DNA of 64,000 nt from an uncultured Clostridiaceae bacterium (GTDB lineage: Bacteria; Bacillota; Clostridia; JAAYHZ01): assembly GCA_964547525.1 (NCBI GenBank), contig CAZJOD010000002.1, positions 2,404 to 66,403 of the forward strand, given 5' to 3'. Below, piece after piece: positions 22,071 through 32,342 of the stretch. A model generated the notes under the pieces. The model saw nothing but the letters and a program-made list of their open reading frames with translations. It searched no databases and had not been told where the DNA came from. Position numbers and translations under genes: made by a program. Each line of letters begins with the position of its first letter. Position 1 is the stretch's first letter.

Positions 22071-22380
22071 GTAAGTTTATAAAATGTTTATATGATTTCA
22101 CTGCAAAAACTCATAAACTGAACTGTAATTGAAATGTGTAACGGCTAAACTTGCATTTTTTAACTGTCGTTGTAAACACGACGTCCTGTCACTAACAACT
22201 CAAAACGTCGTTTTGCCGGTTTTAAATACTGCATTTTCGCCAAGCTATAAATAATATGTCTTTGCTACGAGAATAATAAGGTTTATTCCGATGAACAAAC
22301 AGATATTTGAAAAAGTTATGTTGCAGTGTTTTTTTACTATGATATAATAAAGTAATAAATGACTGACAGGGAGTGAGTGT

Positions 22381-23337
22381 ATGTATTATTTGGGTATTGA
22401 TGTTGGCGGAATGTCAATTAAGGCAGGTATTGTTGATGAAAACGGCACCATTTTATTAAAAGACAAGTTCCCGACGCATAATGAAAGACACTACAGCGAT
22501 ATTATAAGCGATATAGGTGAATTTTCATTAAATTTGATTGAGAAGTCAGGTATCGGGAAAGAAAATATAAATAGTGTCGGTATAGGTATACCCGGGACTC
22601 CGGATTGTGAAAACGGTATATTGGTATATGCTAACAACTTGGGATTTAGAAACGTTCCTTTTAGAGATCTGTTAAAAAAGTATTTTGATTGCCCGATATA
22701 TATTGATAATGATGCGAATGTAGCAGCTTTGGCTGAAGCTGTTGCAGGTGTGGCTAAAGATGCCAAGATATCAATGACCATTACGTTAGGAACAGGGATA
22801 GGAAGCGGTTTGATTATTGACGGAAAAATTTTTGGAGGATTTAATTATGCCGCTCCGGAAATCGGACATATGGTCATAGTAGAAGGTGGTGCACTTTGCA
22901 CCTGCGGAAGAACAGGATGCTGGGAAGCGTACGCATCAGCCACAGGACTTATAAGAATGACAAAGGAAGCCGCAATTCGATTTACCGATTCCAAAATACA
23001 TGAAATTTGTAAGGGTAATCTTGATGAGATAGATGCAAGAACGGCTTTCGAAGCTAAAAGACAAGGGGATTTTGCCGCTTCTTTGGTTATTGTGCAATAT
23101 ACAAAATACTTAGCTGCCGGTATAGTCAATATTATAAATTTGTTTCAACCCGAAATTCTGGCTGTGGGTGGCGGTCTGTCTAAAGAAGGCGACTATTTGA
23201 TGGATGATGTCAAAAAGATAGTATTCAGTGAAGTTTACAGTAAGGATCCCGTACCCCAAACCAAGATAGAGTATGCTAAAATGGGAAATGATGCAGGGAT
23301 CGTCGGTGCTGCGTTTTTAGGACTTTCCGAAGGCTAA
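22381..23337 (+). CDS. glcK: ROK-family glucokinase
   Basis: YLGIDVGGMSIKAGIV, DNDANVAALAE and the zinc motif CTCGRTGCWE. 318 aa. Confidence 0.9.
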   Translation: MYYLGIDVGGMSIKAGIVDENGTILLKDKFPTHNERHYSDIISDIGEFSLNLIEKSGIGKENINSVGIGIPGTPDCENGILVYANNLGFRNVPFRDLLKKYFDCPIYIDNDANVAALAEAVAGVAKDAKISMTITLGTGIGSGLIIDGKIFGGFNYAAPEIGHMVIVEGGALCTCGRTGCWEAYASATGLIRMTKEAAIRFTDSKIHEICKGNLDEIDARTAFEAKRQGDFAASLVIVQYTKYLAAGIVNIINLFQPEILAVGGGLSKEGDYLMDDVKKIVFSEVYSKDPVPQTKIEYAKMGNDAGIVGAAFLGLSEG

Positions 23338-23390
23338 AGTTCGGAATCAGACGATACCTTGTTATATAAAAATATTATACGGAGGTTTAT

Positions 23391-24782
23391 ATGACTATAA
23401 ATTTATTAAGTCAACCTAAAGTTATACCACCTTTGGATACAGGGTTTAAACCCGCGATTTTAGAGAAGATCGCATATGAGAAATTGGTAGCCGAAAGTGG
23501 GAAAGAAGCTGTTCTAAAAATTGCCGTTGAAAGAAACGGAGGACTTGTTTCTGTTAAAGAAATAAAGGTTTTATCTGATGACTTAAAGTACGGTGAATAT
23601 TCATGTTACTATGCAGAACGTTATGTAAAGACCCTTCTTTGGGTAATAGGTGGATGGAAAATATATTTGTCCGGCCCGAAATATATATGTAAGCATATAC
23701 AAAACGCATTTTCATTAGGAGGGTTAAGAGATTTTGACGTAAAAACTATGAGTAGAATCTATGAGAAACCATTTGAAACTGTTATTACAGAGAACATACC
23801 TGTTTCTAAAGACCAGGCTGTGGCAGTAGGAAGACATTTGGACGGTTGCAGAATAGGATTCGATGCAGGTGGAAGTGACAGAAAGGTTTCAGCTGTAATA
23901 AACGGAGAAGCGGTTTTCAGTGAAGAGGTGGTTTGGTTTCCAAAAACACAAGAAGATCCCGGTTACCACTATAACGGAATATTAAGCGCGTTTAAGGCTG
24001 CCGCAGAGCACATGCCTCGAGTTGATGCCATAGGTGTCAGTGCCGCGGGTGTTTATGTAGATAATAGAGCGATGATAGCTTCTTTGTTTATAAAGGTTCC
24101 TGATGAGTTATTCGATAAGAAAGTAAAAGACATCTTTATAAGAGCTGCAAAGGAAATCGGAGATGTTCCGGTCGAAGTAGCGAATGACGGAGATGTTACA
24201 GCATTAGCGGGAGCTATGAGTTTACAGACCAACAGTGTTCTGGGAATTGCCATGGGCACAAGTGAAGCCGGTGGATATGTTAACGAATACGGTAATATTA
24301 CAGGTTGGTTGAACGAATTGGCGTTTGTCCCCATTGATTTTAATTTTGAAGCCGCAGTTGACGAATGGTCAAAGGATTTTGGGTGTGGAGTAAAATATTT
24401 CTCCCAAGACGGAGTAATAAAATTGGCACCTGCTGCAGGAATACAACTTGATGACGGCTTAAGTCAGGCGGAAAAACTTAAAATAGTGCAAAATGAGCTG
24501 GAAGCCGGAAATAAAGAAGTGGAAAAAATATTTGTAAGCCTTGGTGTAAACTTAGGGTACGCTTTGGCTTATTATTCCGAATTTTACGATATAAAGCATC
24601 TGCTGGTAATGGGAAGAGTAACATCCGGTAAAGGCGGTAGTCTGCTTGTAGATAATGCTGTTAAGGTATTAAAAACCGAGTTTCCCGAATTAGCCGAACA
24701 AATACAAATACATTTGCCTGATGAAAACTCCAGAAGAGTAGGACAATCCATAGCGGCAGCCAGCTTACCGGAAATCAAATAA
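23391..24782 (+). CDS. ROK/ASKHA-superfamily protein with a ~150-aa N-terminal extension (putative sugar kinase or regulator; lacks the Cys zinc motif)
   Basis: RIGFDAGGSDRKV (phosphate-1 motif) and VANDGDVTALAGA (ROK-like). 463 aa. Confidence 0.6.
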   Translation: MTINLLSQPKVIPPLDTGFKPAILEKIAYEKLVAESGKEAVLKIAVERNGGLVSVKEIKVLSDDLKYGEYSCYYAERYVKTLLWVIGGWKIYLSGPKYICKHIQNAFSLGGLRDFDVKTMSRIYEKPFETVITENIPVSKDQAVAVGRHLDGCRIGFDAGGSDRKVSAVINGEAVFSEEVVWFPKTQEDPGYHYNGILSAFKAAAEHMPRVDAIGVSAAGVYVDNRAMIASLFIKVPDELFDKKVKDIFIRAAKEIGDVPVEVANDGDVTALAGAMSLQTNSVLGIAMGTSEAGGYVNEYGNITGWLNELAFVPIDFNFEAAVDEWSKDFGCGVKYFSQDGVIKLAPAAGIQLDDGLSQAEKLKIVQNELEAGNKEVEKIFVSLGVNLGYALAYYSEFYDIKHLLVMGRVTSGKGGSLLVDNAVKVLKTEFPELAEQIQIHLPDENSRRVGQSIAAASLPEIK

Positions 24783-24800
24783 GAATAAATTTTAAAGGAA

Positions 24801-25661
24801 GTGTTTTTATATATGAAATTGTTTAACAAAGGTGCCGAGTTTTTTGTTCCGGATGGTGCAAGCATCAATGAAGCGTTGGCCAGATCTACACATATGGCCG
24901 TATCCGCACATCAGGACGACATCGAGATTATGGCTTATGACGGTATTTTAAAATGTTTCGGAAGTGACGATTACCGGTTTTTTGCAACCGTTGTAACAAA
25001 CGGATCAGGTAGTCCGAGAGCCGATTTATATGAAAAGTATACCGATGAAGATATGATTAACGTTAGAAAAAAAGAACAAAAAAAGGCGGCATATATTGGT
25101 GAATATTCAGGGTTAGCCTTGTTGGATTATTCCAGTTCTGCCGTTAAGGATGCAAAAAATCAAAATGTTGTGGCTGAAATAAAAGAACTCATAAAAGCGG
25201 CGGCTCCTAAAATAATATATACCCACAATTTGGCTGATAAGCATGATACTCATGTAGCTGTAGCGTTACGTGTCATACAAGCCGTAAGGGAGTTACCTCG
25301 TGAATTAAGACCGGAAAAAATATACGGATGTGAAGTGTGGAGAAATTTAGACTGGATGCTTGATGAAGACAAGACCATGTTTAATGTGGACGCTCATCCG
25401 AATTTGGCTTCGGCTTTGGTTGAAATTTTTGATTCTCAGGTTTGCGGTGGTAAAAGATACGACTTGGCGACAGTGGGTAGAAGACTTGCTAATGCCACGT
25501 ATGCTGCGTCACATGGCACCGATGAAGCGCAATCCTTAATATTTGCTATGGATCTGACTCCGTTGATTAATGATGATAATGCCGACATTGCAAATTATGT
25601 ACAAAATTATTTGGACAGATTCATAAATGATGTAAGAAAGAGAATAGATAAAATGTCATGA
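24801..25661 (+). CDS. PIG-L/LmbE-family N-acetylglucosaminyl deacetylase (start GTG 24801 or ATG 24813)
   Basis: MAVSAHQDDIEIMAYDG (AHxDDE zinc-deacetylase motif). 286 aa. Confidence 0.8.
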   Translation: MFLYMKLFNKGAEFFVPDGASINEALARSTHMAVSAHQDDIEIMAYDGILKCFGSDDYRFFATVVTNGSGSPRADLYEKYTDEDMINVRKKEQKKAAYIGEYSGLALLDYSSSAVKDAKNQNVVAEIKELIKAAAPKIIYTHNLADKHDTHVAVALRVIQAVRELPRELRPEKIYGCEVWRNLDWMLDEDKTMFNVDAHPNLASALVEIFDSQVCGGKRYDLATVGRRLANATYAASHGTDEAQSLIFAMDLTPLINDDNADIANYVQNYLDRFINDVRKRIDKMS

Positions 25662-26395
25662 CAAACATCAAACTCGTAATTGAGTATGACGGGACGAATT
25701 ATCACGGATGGCAGGGTCAATTAAATGCTTGTACAATACAAGATACATTGGCTTCTGCCATTTATCATGCCACCGGAGAACAACCGGTACTTTCAGGAAG
25801 CGGAAGAACCGATGCGGGTGTACATGCATTGGCACAAACAGTCAGTTTTCAAACTAAGTCCTCCATACCTCCGGAAAAATTTAAATATGCGATAAATTCA
25901 CGTTTGCCTGAAGATATTAGAGTGTTAGAATCAAAAGCCGTACCTGATGATTTTCACGCCCGTTTCAATGTGACCCGTAAAGAATACCTGTATTTGATTA
26001 TAAATTCACCGGATAAATCGGTTTTTACACGAAACCGGATGTATTGGGTAAAAGGACGGTTAAATGTTGCGGATATGGCACATGCCGCCCGGTTATTTGA
26101 AGGGGAACATGATTTTTCTTCTTTTTGTGCCTCCGGTAGTAGTGTTAAAAGTACCATTAGGACCGTTTATAAATCATGTATACAACAAGAAGGTGCTGTT
26201 ATAAGTTATATGGTGCTAGGTAATGGATTCTTATATAATATGGTGAGGATTATTGTAGGTACACTTATCGATGTTGGCTTGGGCAAAATCGATAAAAATG
26301 CGATTCCTGAAATATTGACCGCGAAAAGTAGAAAACCTGCCGGTAAAACCGCTCCTGCTCACGGCTTATATTTAAAGCGGGTATTTTATGATTAG
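25658..26395 (+). CDS. truA: tRNA pseudouridine(38-40) synthase
   Basis: IKLVIEYDGTNYHGWQGQ...GSGRTDAGVHALAQTVSF carries the catalytic Asp motif. Confidence 0.93.
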   Translation: MTNIKLVIEYDGTNYHGWQGQLNACTIQDTLASAIYHATGEQPVLSGSGRTDAGVHALAQTVSFQTKSSIPPEKFKYAINSRLPEDIRVLESKAVPDDFHARFNVTRKEYLYLIINSPDKSVFTRNRMYWVKGRLNVADMAHAARLFEGEHDFSSFCASGSSVKSTIRTVYKSCIQQEGAVISYMVLGNGFLYNMVRIIVGTLIDVGLGKIDKNAIPEILTAKSRKPAGKTAPAHGLYLKRVFYD

Positions 26396-26573
26396 ATATC
26401 GGCCGGCTTTAATATTCTATTCAACGTTTATTGGTTATTAGGTGTCGAATAAGGTTTGACACTTTTTTATTGTCAATTTTCAGGAATGGCGAACGATTAT
26501 ACGAGAGAATACAAGATAATAAGGCCAAAAATCAAAGGAATCCGGAGGTAGATTAAAAATATAAAAAAATCTC

Positions 26574-26667
26574 TTGACATGAGAATAACCGTGTATTAAA
26601 ATATGAAAGTGTCGTTTGGGACGACATGCTAATTTATGTGAAAAGATTCTCGAAGGAGGTTAAACAT
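26574..26667 (+). promoter_or_regulatory. promoter (TTGACA-17-TAAAAT) plus rplM leader hairpin (candidate L13 leader)
   Basis: Consensus -35 and -10 elements. Hairpin TGTCGT-TTGGG-ACGACA at 26610-26626 in the 5' UTR of rplM-rpsI. Confidence 0.5.
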
Positions 26668-27096
26668 ATGAAGTCATATATGGCGAAAGCTGAAAACGTA
26701 CAACGTAAATGGTTTGTAGTTGACGCTGAAGGTAAAGTGCTAGGTAGACTTGCATCTGAAGTTGCTACAATTTTAAGAGGGAAACATAAAGCCGAATATA
26801 CACCTCATGTTGATGTTGGTGATTTTGTTATTATAGTTAATGCGGATAAAGTCGAATTGACAGGGAACAAATGGGATAAAAAAATGTATCGGTATCATAC
26901 GGGATATATCGGCGGATTGAAAGAAATGCCGTATAAACAGTTTGTTCAAAAAAATCCTCGCAAAATGGTTGAATTGGCTGTTAAAGGTATGCTTCCTAAA
27001 AACAGTCTCGGTAGAGCGATGATTAAGAAATTAAAAGTATATGCAGAAAGCCAACATCCTCATCAGGCTCAAAGTCCTGAAGTGTTGGAATTATAA
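26668..27096 (+). CDS. rplM: 50S ribosomal protein L13
   Basis: [41 protein letters not shown]... GAAGGAGG Shine-Dalgarno. The tool ORF at 26626 is an upstream extension. Confidence 0.93.
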   Translation: MKSYMAKAENVQRKWFVVDAEGKVLGRLASEVATILRGKHKAEYTPHVDVGDFVIIVNADKVELTGNKWDKKMYRYHTGYIGGLKEMPYKQFVQKNPRKMVELAVKGMLPKNSLGRAMIKKLKVYAESQHPHQAQSPEVLEL

Positions 27097-27114
27097 TGAA
27101 AGGAGGAGTATGAA

Positions 27115-27507
27115 ATGGCTAGTGTACAATATTGCGGAACCGGAAGAAGAAAAAAATCTATAGCTCGTGTCAGATTGGTACCGGGAGACGGTAACTTTGT
27201 TATAAACGGTAGAACTATTGACGACTTTTTCGGATTGGATACCTTGAAAGTAATAGTAAGACAACCTCTTGTTTTAACAAACACAACCGATCGGTTTGAT
27301 GTATTAGTGAACGTTAAAGGCGGCGGATTTACAGGCCAAGCGGGTGCTATTCGTCATGGTATATCCAGAGCTTTGTTAGAAGCTGACGCTGAATACAGGC
27401 AACCGTTGAAAAAAGCGGGATTCTTAACAAGAGACCCAAGAATGAAGGAAAGAAAAAAATACGGTCTCAAAAAAGCAAGAAGAGCTCCTCAATTTTCAAA
27501 ACGTTAA
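27115..27507 (+). CDS. rpsI: 30S ribosomal protein S9
   Basis: ...[62 protein letters not shown] is the S9 C-terminus. Confidence 0.95.
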   Translation: MASVQYCGTGRRKKSIARVRLVPGDGNFVINGRTIDDFFGLDTLKVIVRQPLVLTNTTDRFDVLVNVKGGGFTGQAGAIRHGISRALLEADAEYRQPLKKAGFLTRDPRMKERKKYGLKKARRAPQFSKR

Positions 27508-27523
27508 TCAAGACCGAACATAC

Positions 27524-27561
27524 GAAATTCCCGTATACTGTGTATTACGGGAATTTTTTAT
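27524..27561 (+). terminator. rho-independent terminator after rpsI
   Basis: GAAATTCCCGTA...TACGGGAATTT stem followed by TTTTA. Confidence 0.8.
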
Positions 27562-27861
27562 TAAACGATATTTTGCCTACGTTAACAGCTGCCGAAAAAA
27601 GACACACTACGTGGCGGCTTTTTATACAAATATATCATAATAATCTTATTATGGCGTAAAAGATACATATAATGATAGTTGATTATCTATTCTAAGATTA
27701 AAAAGATCAAAGTTTTCAATAAATAATTTCAAATAAATTACCTTGATATATGAACATATCCTTCTTTGTACGAATATAATAATTAAGGCTGTAAAGTAAA
27801 AACGGTTATAGAAAACTTTTTTGTTACATTCTCATACATAACTTGAATAAGGGGTGATAAC

Positions 27862-28185
27862 ATGTTTAACAACTTATTTACGTGGGAATTTGTAACCGGT
27901 TTTACCGGCATGGTTGTTGCGGTGAGTCTTATTACCCAATTGACAAAAAATATTTGCGATAAATGTATGGGTAAAATAAAGACTGAAAAATTGGTATATG
28001 TCATATCGATACTTGTAGTTGGTGTTGTAGTGGCAACTACCGAGAACTTTAATGTTCCTGTCCGCCAAATAATACAAAAAGTATTTACAGCATGGCTTAA
28101 CTCAATAATTGTGGCGTTTACCTCAATGAAAACTTATGATAGCATCCGTAGTAAGATACCGTTACTTTTCAAAAACGATGAATAA
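27862..28185 (+). CDS. small membrane protein, 107 aa (2-3 TM helices, charged C-terminus)
   Basis: GGGGTGA Shine-Dalgarno 5 nt before the ATG. Helices VTGFTGMVVAVSLITQL and LVYVISILVVGVVVATT. Isolated in AT-rich intergenic DNA. Confidence 0.6.
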   Translation: MFNNLFTWEFVTGFTGMVVAVSLITQLTKNICDKCMGKIKTEKLVYVISILVVGVVVATTENFNVPVRQIIQKVFTAWLNSIIVAFTSMKTYDSIRSKIPLLFKNDE

Positions 28186-28316
28186 AAAGATAAGGATTAT
28201 ACGGGTTTGTGTATCACACATTATAATTAAAATTTTGGATTCTGATATATAATGTTTCCTTAGATACTTTGCTAATCTGTAAGAGATCATATCAGGTTAA
28301 TATTCTTGTTATGAAT

Positions 28317-28350
28317 AAACCCGTCTGGATTTTCCGGCGGGTTTTACTTA
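28317..28350 (+). terminator. rho-independent terminator
   Basis: AAACCCGTCTGG...CCGGCGGGTTT stem followed by TACTTATATTTTTTG. Confidence 0.65.
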
Positions 28351-28633
28351 TATTTTTTGTATAATAAAAAGCATAATTATTAAATAGATTAAATAATCAA
28401 AGTAATAAAAGATTTAACAACAAAAACAATACATCGGTAGCATCAAACCGAATTGTAACTTAAGTTACAGACAAACAAAGTGGAATATGGTATTATGTAT
28501 ATAACGTAAAATTTATCCAATATGTATGAGTTTTTTATCAAAAAATAAAGCATACTAGATTAAGAATTATTGTTGCTCAAAGTTTTTCTTGAGTAGCAGG
28601 AAGTTTTACATTTTTATTATAACGAGGTGTTTT

Positions 28634-29824
28634 ATGAGTATTAAGATAAACGAAAAAGTTAAATGGGTAGGTAAGATCGATTGGGAATTGGATAAATTTC
28701 ATGGAAATGAATATTCGGTTTTCAAGGGATCTTCATATAACTCATATTTGATAAAAGATAAAAAGACAGTACTCATTGATACGGTATGGGCGCCGTATTC
28801 AAAGGAGTTTGTCAGAAATCTCAAAAAAGAGATTGATCTGAATGACATAGATTATATTATTGCCAACCATGGTGAAGTTGATCATAGTGGTGCTTTGGTT
28901 GAATTGCTGAGAGAAATACCGGACAAGCCGGTTTATTGTACTAAAAACGCCGTAAAATCACTAAAAGGGCAGTATCATCAGGATTGGAATTTTGTCGAAG
29001 TTAAAACAGGGGACGCTTTGGATATAGGTGATAGCAAGTTGGTGTTCGTTGAAGCAAAAATGTTACATTGGCCTGACAGCATGATGACATATATGACCGG
29101 TGAAAATATTTTGTTTAGTAACGATGCATTCGGTCAACATTACGCTTCGCAATCTTTGTTCAATGATACGGTGGACAGTGGCGAATTATATCATGAAGCG
29201 ATAAAATACTATGCGAATATATTGGCTCCTTTCTCACCATTAGTAACAAAAAAAATTAACGAGTTGATCGGTATGAATATTCCTGTGAGTATGATATGCC
29301 CTAGTCACGGTGTTATATGGAGAGACGATCCAATGCAAATAGTAAACCGATACTTAAAATGGGCTGACGATTATCAGGAAAATCAAATAACTGTTATGTA
29401 CGATACTATGTGGAACGGAACCCGAAGGATGGCCGAAGCTATCGCAGAAGGGATTCGTGAAGCTGACGATAAAGTAACGGTAAAATTATTTAATGTTTCA
29501 AAGACTGATAAGAATGAAGTTTTAACAGAAGTTTTTAAATCTAAAGCGTTTTTAGTAGGGTCATCCACTATTAATAGAGGAATTTTGTATTCTGTTGCCG
29601 GTATACTTGAAATGATCAAAGGACTGGCATTAAAAAATAAAAAAGCGTCCGGTTTTGGCAGCTACGGCTGGAGTGGGGAAAGTGTAAAAATGATCACCGA
29701 AGAGCTAAAAGATGCGGGAATTACCGTAATAGACGAAGGCATAAGGGAGACATGGAATCCGGACGAAGATGCTTACCAACGTTGTAAAGAATATGGCAAA
29801 CAGTTTGTAGAAAAATCAAAATAG
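28634..29824 (+). CDS. fprA: flavodiiron protein (rubredoxin:oxygen/NO oxidoreductase; metallo-beta-lactamase plus flavodoxin domains)
   Basis: MSIKINEKVKWVGKIDWELDKFHG...NSYLIKDKKTVLIDTVW...IANHGEVDHSGAL. 396 aa. GAGGTG Shine-Dalgarno. The tool ORF at 28589 is an upstream extension. Confidence 0.88.
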   Translation: MSIKINEKVKWVGKIDWELDKFHGNEYSVFKGSSYNSYLIKDKKTVLIDTVWAPYSKEFVRNLKKEIDLNDIDYIIANHGEVDHSGALVELLREIPDKPVYCTKNAVKSLKGQYHQDWNFVEVKTGDALDIGDSKLVFVEAKMLHWPDSMMTYMTGENILFSNDAFGQHYASQSLFNDTVDSGELYHEAIKYYANILAPFSPLVTKKINELIGMNIPVSMICPSHGVIWRDDPMQIVNRYLKWADDYQENQITVMYDTMWNGTRRMAEAIAEGIREADDKVTVKLFNVSKTDKNEVLTEVFKSKAFLVGSSTINRGILYSVAGILEMIKGLALKNKKASGFGSYGWSGESVKMITEELKDAGITVIDEGIRETWNPDEDAYQRCKEYGKQFVEKSK

Positions 29825-29838
29825 TATGAACCAAGGAT

Positions 29839-29874
29839 AAAAAGTCTGTTCGGATTGACCGGGCGGACTTTTTG
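29839..29874 (+). terminator. rho-independent terminator after fprA
   Basis: AAAAGTCTG...CGGACTTTT stem followed by TTTT. Confidence 0.7.
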
Positions 29875-29996
29875 AAACCTCATATAAAGTATTTTCACGA
29901 CTTGAAAAAGACTTTTACTTTATGATATGATGTTACAGAGATATTAAAATGAAGTATAAGGGGCATCTTTGATGCTCTTTTTGGTGTTAAGGAGGG

Positions 29997-31172
29997 TTGA
30001 TTTTGTTATTAATTAAAAATGCTAAAATATTACCCATGAGGGGTAAAAAAATTGAGAACGGATATATTATAGTAAAAGAAGGAAAAATTTTTTCAATTGG
30101 TTCTATGACGGACATGCCTTGCGAGATAGGCCTTGAAAAGGTTGTTGATGCACATTGGGGATATGTCTTACCCGGTTTTATTGATGGACATTGCCATATA
30201 GGTATGTGGGAAGACGGTGTAAATTGGGAAGGCTCCGACGGTAATGAGGCAACCGACCCTGTTACACCTCAGTTAAAGGCGATAGACGGAATGTTTCATA
30301 GGGACAATTGTTTTAAAGAAGCCTGTGGAGCGGGGGTTACGACAGTAGTAACAGGACCCGGCAGTGCGAATGTTATAGGTGGTCAGTTTGCAGCGGTAAA
30401 AACCGTATCAGCCGACCCTGAAGAAATGTTAATAAATGATTGTGTAGCAATGAAACTGGCATTCGGTGAAAATCCAAAAAGAGTATACGGCACTAAAAAT
30501 AAATATCCATCTACCAGAATGGCAACTGCGGCAATTTTAAGAGAGAACTTATATAAAGCTCAAGAATATCTGGATAAAATAAGCGAAAGTGAGAAAAACA
30601 GTGAAGAGAAAAAACCGGCTTTCGATTATAAACTGGAGTCATTAGCTAAAGTATTAGACGGAAAATTAAGAGTGAAGGCCCATGCACACAGAGAAGACGA
30701 TATACTGACAGCGATGCGAATAGCAAAAGAATTCAACCTAAATGTGACCATAGAGCACGGCACCGAAGCATACTTAATTCCGGATTTAATAAAACGTGCA
30801 AATATTGGAGTCATAACCGGACCGTTGATTTGTGAAAGAAGTAAAATTGAGCTAAGGAATTTGACACCAAAATGTCCGGGTATTTTATCAAAAGCGGGAA
30901 TACTTACGGCTATAATGACTGACCATCCTGTCATACCGATTCAGTACTTACCTTTATGTGCGGCTGTCGCATCAAAAGAAGGGATGGATGAGGAAGAAGC
31001 AATGAAAGCTATAACAATAAACGCCGCTGTTCTCACAGGTATTGATCACAGGGTGGGCAGTTTGGAACAAGGAAAGGATGCGGATATTTTAATCTTTGAC
31101 GGACATCCTTTCGAATATAGAACAAAACTAAAATATGTTTTTGTAAATGGTAATTTGATTCATGAAAGGTAA
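29997..31172 (+). CDS. amidohydrolase-family (metal-dependent hydrolase) protein
   Basis: VVDAHWGYVLPGFIDGHCHIG metal-binding motif. 391 aa. Precedes tsaE. Confidence 0.8.
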   Translation: MILLLIKNAKILPMRGKKIENGYIIVKEGKIFSIGSMTDMPCEIGLEKVVDAHWGYVLPGFIDGHCHIGMWEDGVNWEGSDGNEATDPVTPQLKAIDGMFHRDNCFKEACGAGVTTVVTGPGSANVIGGQFAAVKTVSADPEEMLINDCVAMKLAFGENPKRVYGTKNKYPSTRMATAAILRENLYKAQEYLDKISESEKNSEEKKPAFDYKLESLAKVLDGKLRVKAHAHREDDILTAMRIAKEFNLNVTIEHGTEAYLIPDLIKRANIGVITGPLICERSKIELRNLTPKCPGILSKAGILTAIMTDHPVIPIQYLPLCAAVASKEGMDEEEAMKAITINAAVLTGIDHRVGSLEQGKDADILIFDGHPFEYRTKLKYVFVNGNLIHER

Positions 31173-31656
31173 TCATATTTGTAAAATTGTTACTCGAAAC
31201 AAAGAAGAAACTTTAGATTTCGGGATGTATATAGGTTCATTGACAAAGCCCGGATATACTATATGTCTAACCGGAGATTTAGGGAGCGGAAAAACGGTGC
31301 TGACCGGAGGCATAGCACGCGGTATGGGTATAAATGAAGAGATAACCAGCCCTACGTTTACGTTGTTGAATATTTATGAGGGGAGGATACCTTTATATCA
31401 TTTCGATGTTTATCGCCTTGAGAACAGGGATATGGTGCAAGATATAGGTTTTTACGATTATGTGGACGGAGACGGGGTATCGGTGATTGAATGGGCAAAT
31501 CTGATTCCTCATGTGCTGCCTGATTCCTATATATTATTCGATATTACACGAGACTTCCAAGCCGGAGACGACTTCAGATCCATCGATATATATGAAAAAG
31601 GTACAGGTATGGCCGAGTTGATCGAGGCCATTAAAAACCGGAGGAATACGATATGA
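31162..31656 (+). CDS. tsaE: tRNA threonylcarbamoyladenosine biosynthesis ATPase TsaE
   Basis: LTGDLGSGKTVLTGGIARGMGI...SPTFTL is the TsaE (YjeE) signature. 164 aa. Confidence 0.88.
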   Translation: MKGNHICKIVTRNKEETLDFGMYIGSLTKPGYTICLTGDLGSGKTVLTGGIARGMGINEEITSPTFTLLNIYEGRIPLYHFDVYRLENRDMVQDIGFYDYVDGDGVSVIEWANLIPHVLPDSYILFDITRDFQAGDDFRSIDIYEKGTGMAELIEAIKNRRNTI

Positions 31657-32342
31657 TAACACTGGCTGTTGATACCGCAACCAAAGCCGCTTCTGCAGCG
31701 ATTGTAGACAATGGTGAAATAAGGACGTCATTTCTAATAAATCATAGGTCTATGCATTCCCGAAATATCATGACTTTAGTCGATGCGGTGGTCAAGGAGG
31801 CTGATATTAAGAAAAATGATATAGATTTATTTGCAACTACCATTGGGCCCGGTTCGTTTACCGGGGTAAGAATAGGTGTATCCACGGTAAAAGCTATGGC
31901 TTACTCTTTAAAAAAACAAACGGTTGGCATCAATACTTTGGATGTATTGGCATATGATGTATATGAATATCAAAAATTAATATGCCCTGTTTTAGATGCG
32001 AGGAACCGACAGGTATTCTGTGCAATATACAATAAAGATAAAGAAAATCGTTTGATCAGATTAACCGAATACATGGGGTTGAAAATCGACGATTTGATGT
32101 CAATGCTGCAGAAGATGGACCGAGATGTTGTATTTACCGGTGATGCTTACAAAGCATGTGCATCATGGGAAGGTTTTGAAGGGTTTGGCCGGTATACGGT
32201 AAATGTCGGAGATTATATGCCTAAAGCCTCAACTGTAGGATTGATGGCCGAAACCGCTGCAAAAACGGATCCTGCACTACTAATGCCTTTTTATCTGAGA
32301 AAATCGCAAGCCGAACAGGCAATGGAAGTAAAGAATGAATGA
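31653..32342 (+). CDS. tsaB: tRNA t6A biosynthesis protein TsaB (YeaZ-like)
   Basis: ITLAVDTATKAASAAIVDNGEI...IGPGSFTGVRIGVSTVKAMAY. 229 aa. Confidence 0.88.
   Translation: MITLAVDTATKAASAAIVDNGEIRTSFLINHRSMHSRNIMTLVDAVVKEADIKKNDIDLFATTIGPGSFTGVRIGVSTVKAMAYSLKKQTVGINTLDVLAYDVYEYQKLICPVLDARNRQVFCAIYNKDKENRLIRLTEYMGLKIDDLMSMLQKMDRDVVFTGDAYKACASWEGFEGFGRYTVNVGDYMPKASTVGLMAETAAKTDPALLMPFYLRKSQAEQAMEVKNE

Noticed and set aside
21562-22101. 179-aa minus-strand ORF overlapping the hppA 3' end
   Set aside because: Antisense to hppA and running through the hppA terminator. No motif.
22080-22380. Considered a cre site or riboswitch in the glcK upstream region (hairpins GTCGTTG..CGACG, ACGACGT..ACGTCGT)
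   Set aside because: The best cre-like 14-mer TGTAAACACGACGT has a mismatch at the invariant CG core. The hairpins lack a following U-tract. Only a TTGCAG-16-TATAAT promoter is supported.
27508-28633. Considered a prophage remnant around the holin-like gene
   Set aside because: No integrase, endolysin, capsid or att-like repeats. Only a single small membrane gene is present.
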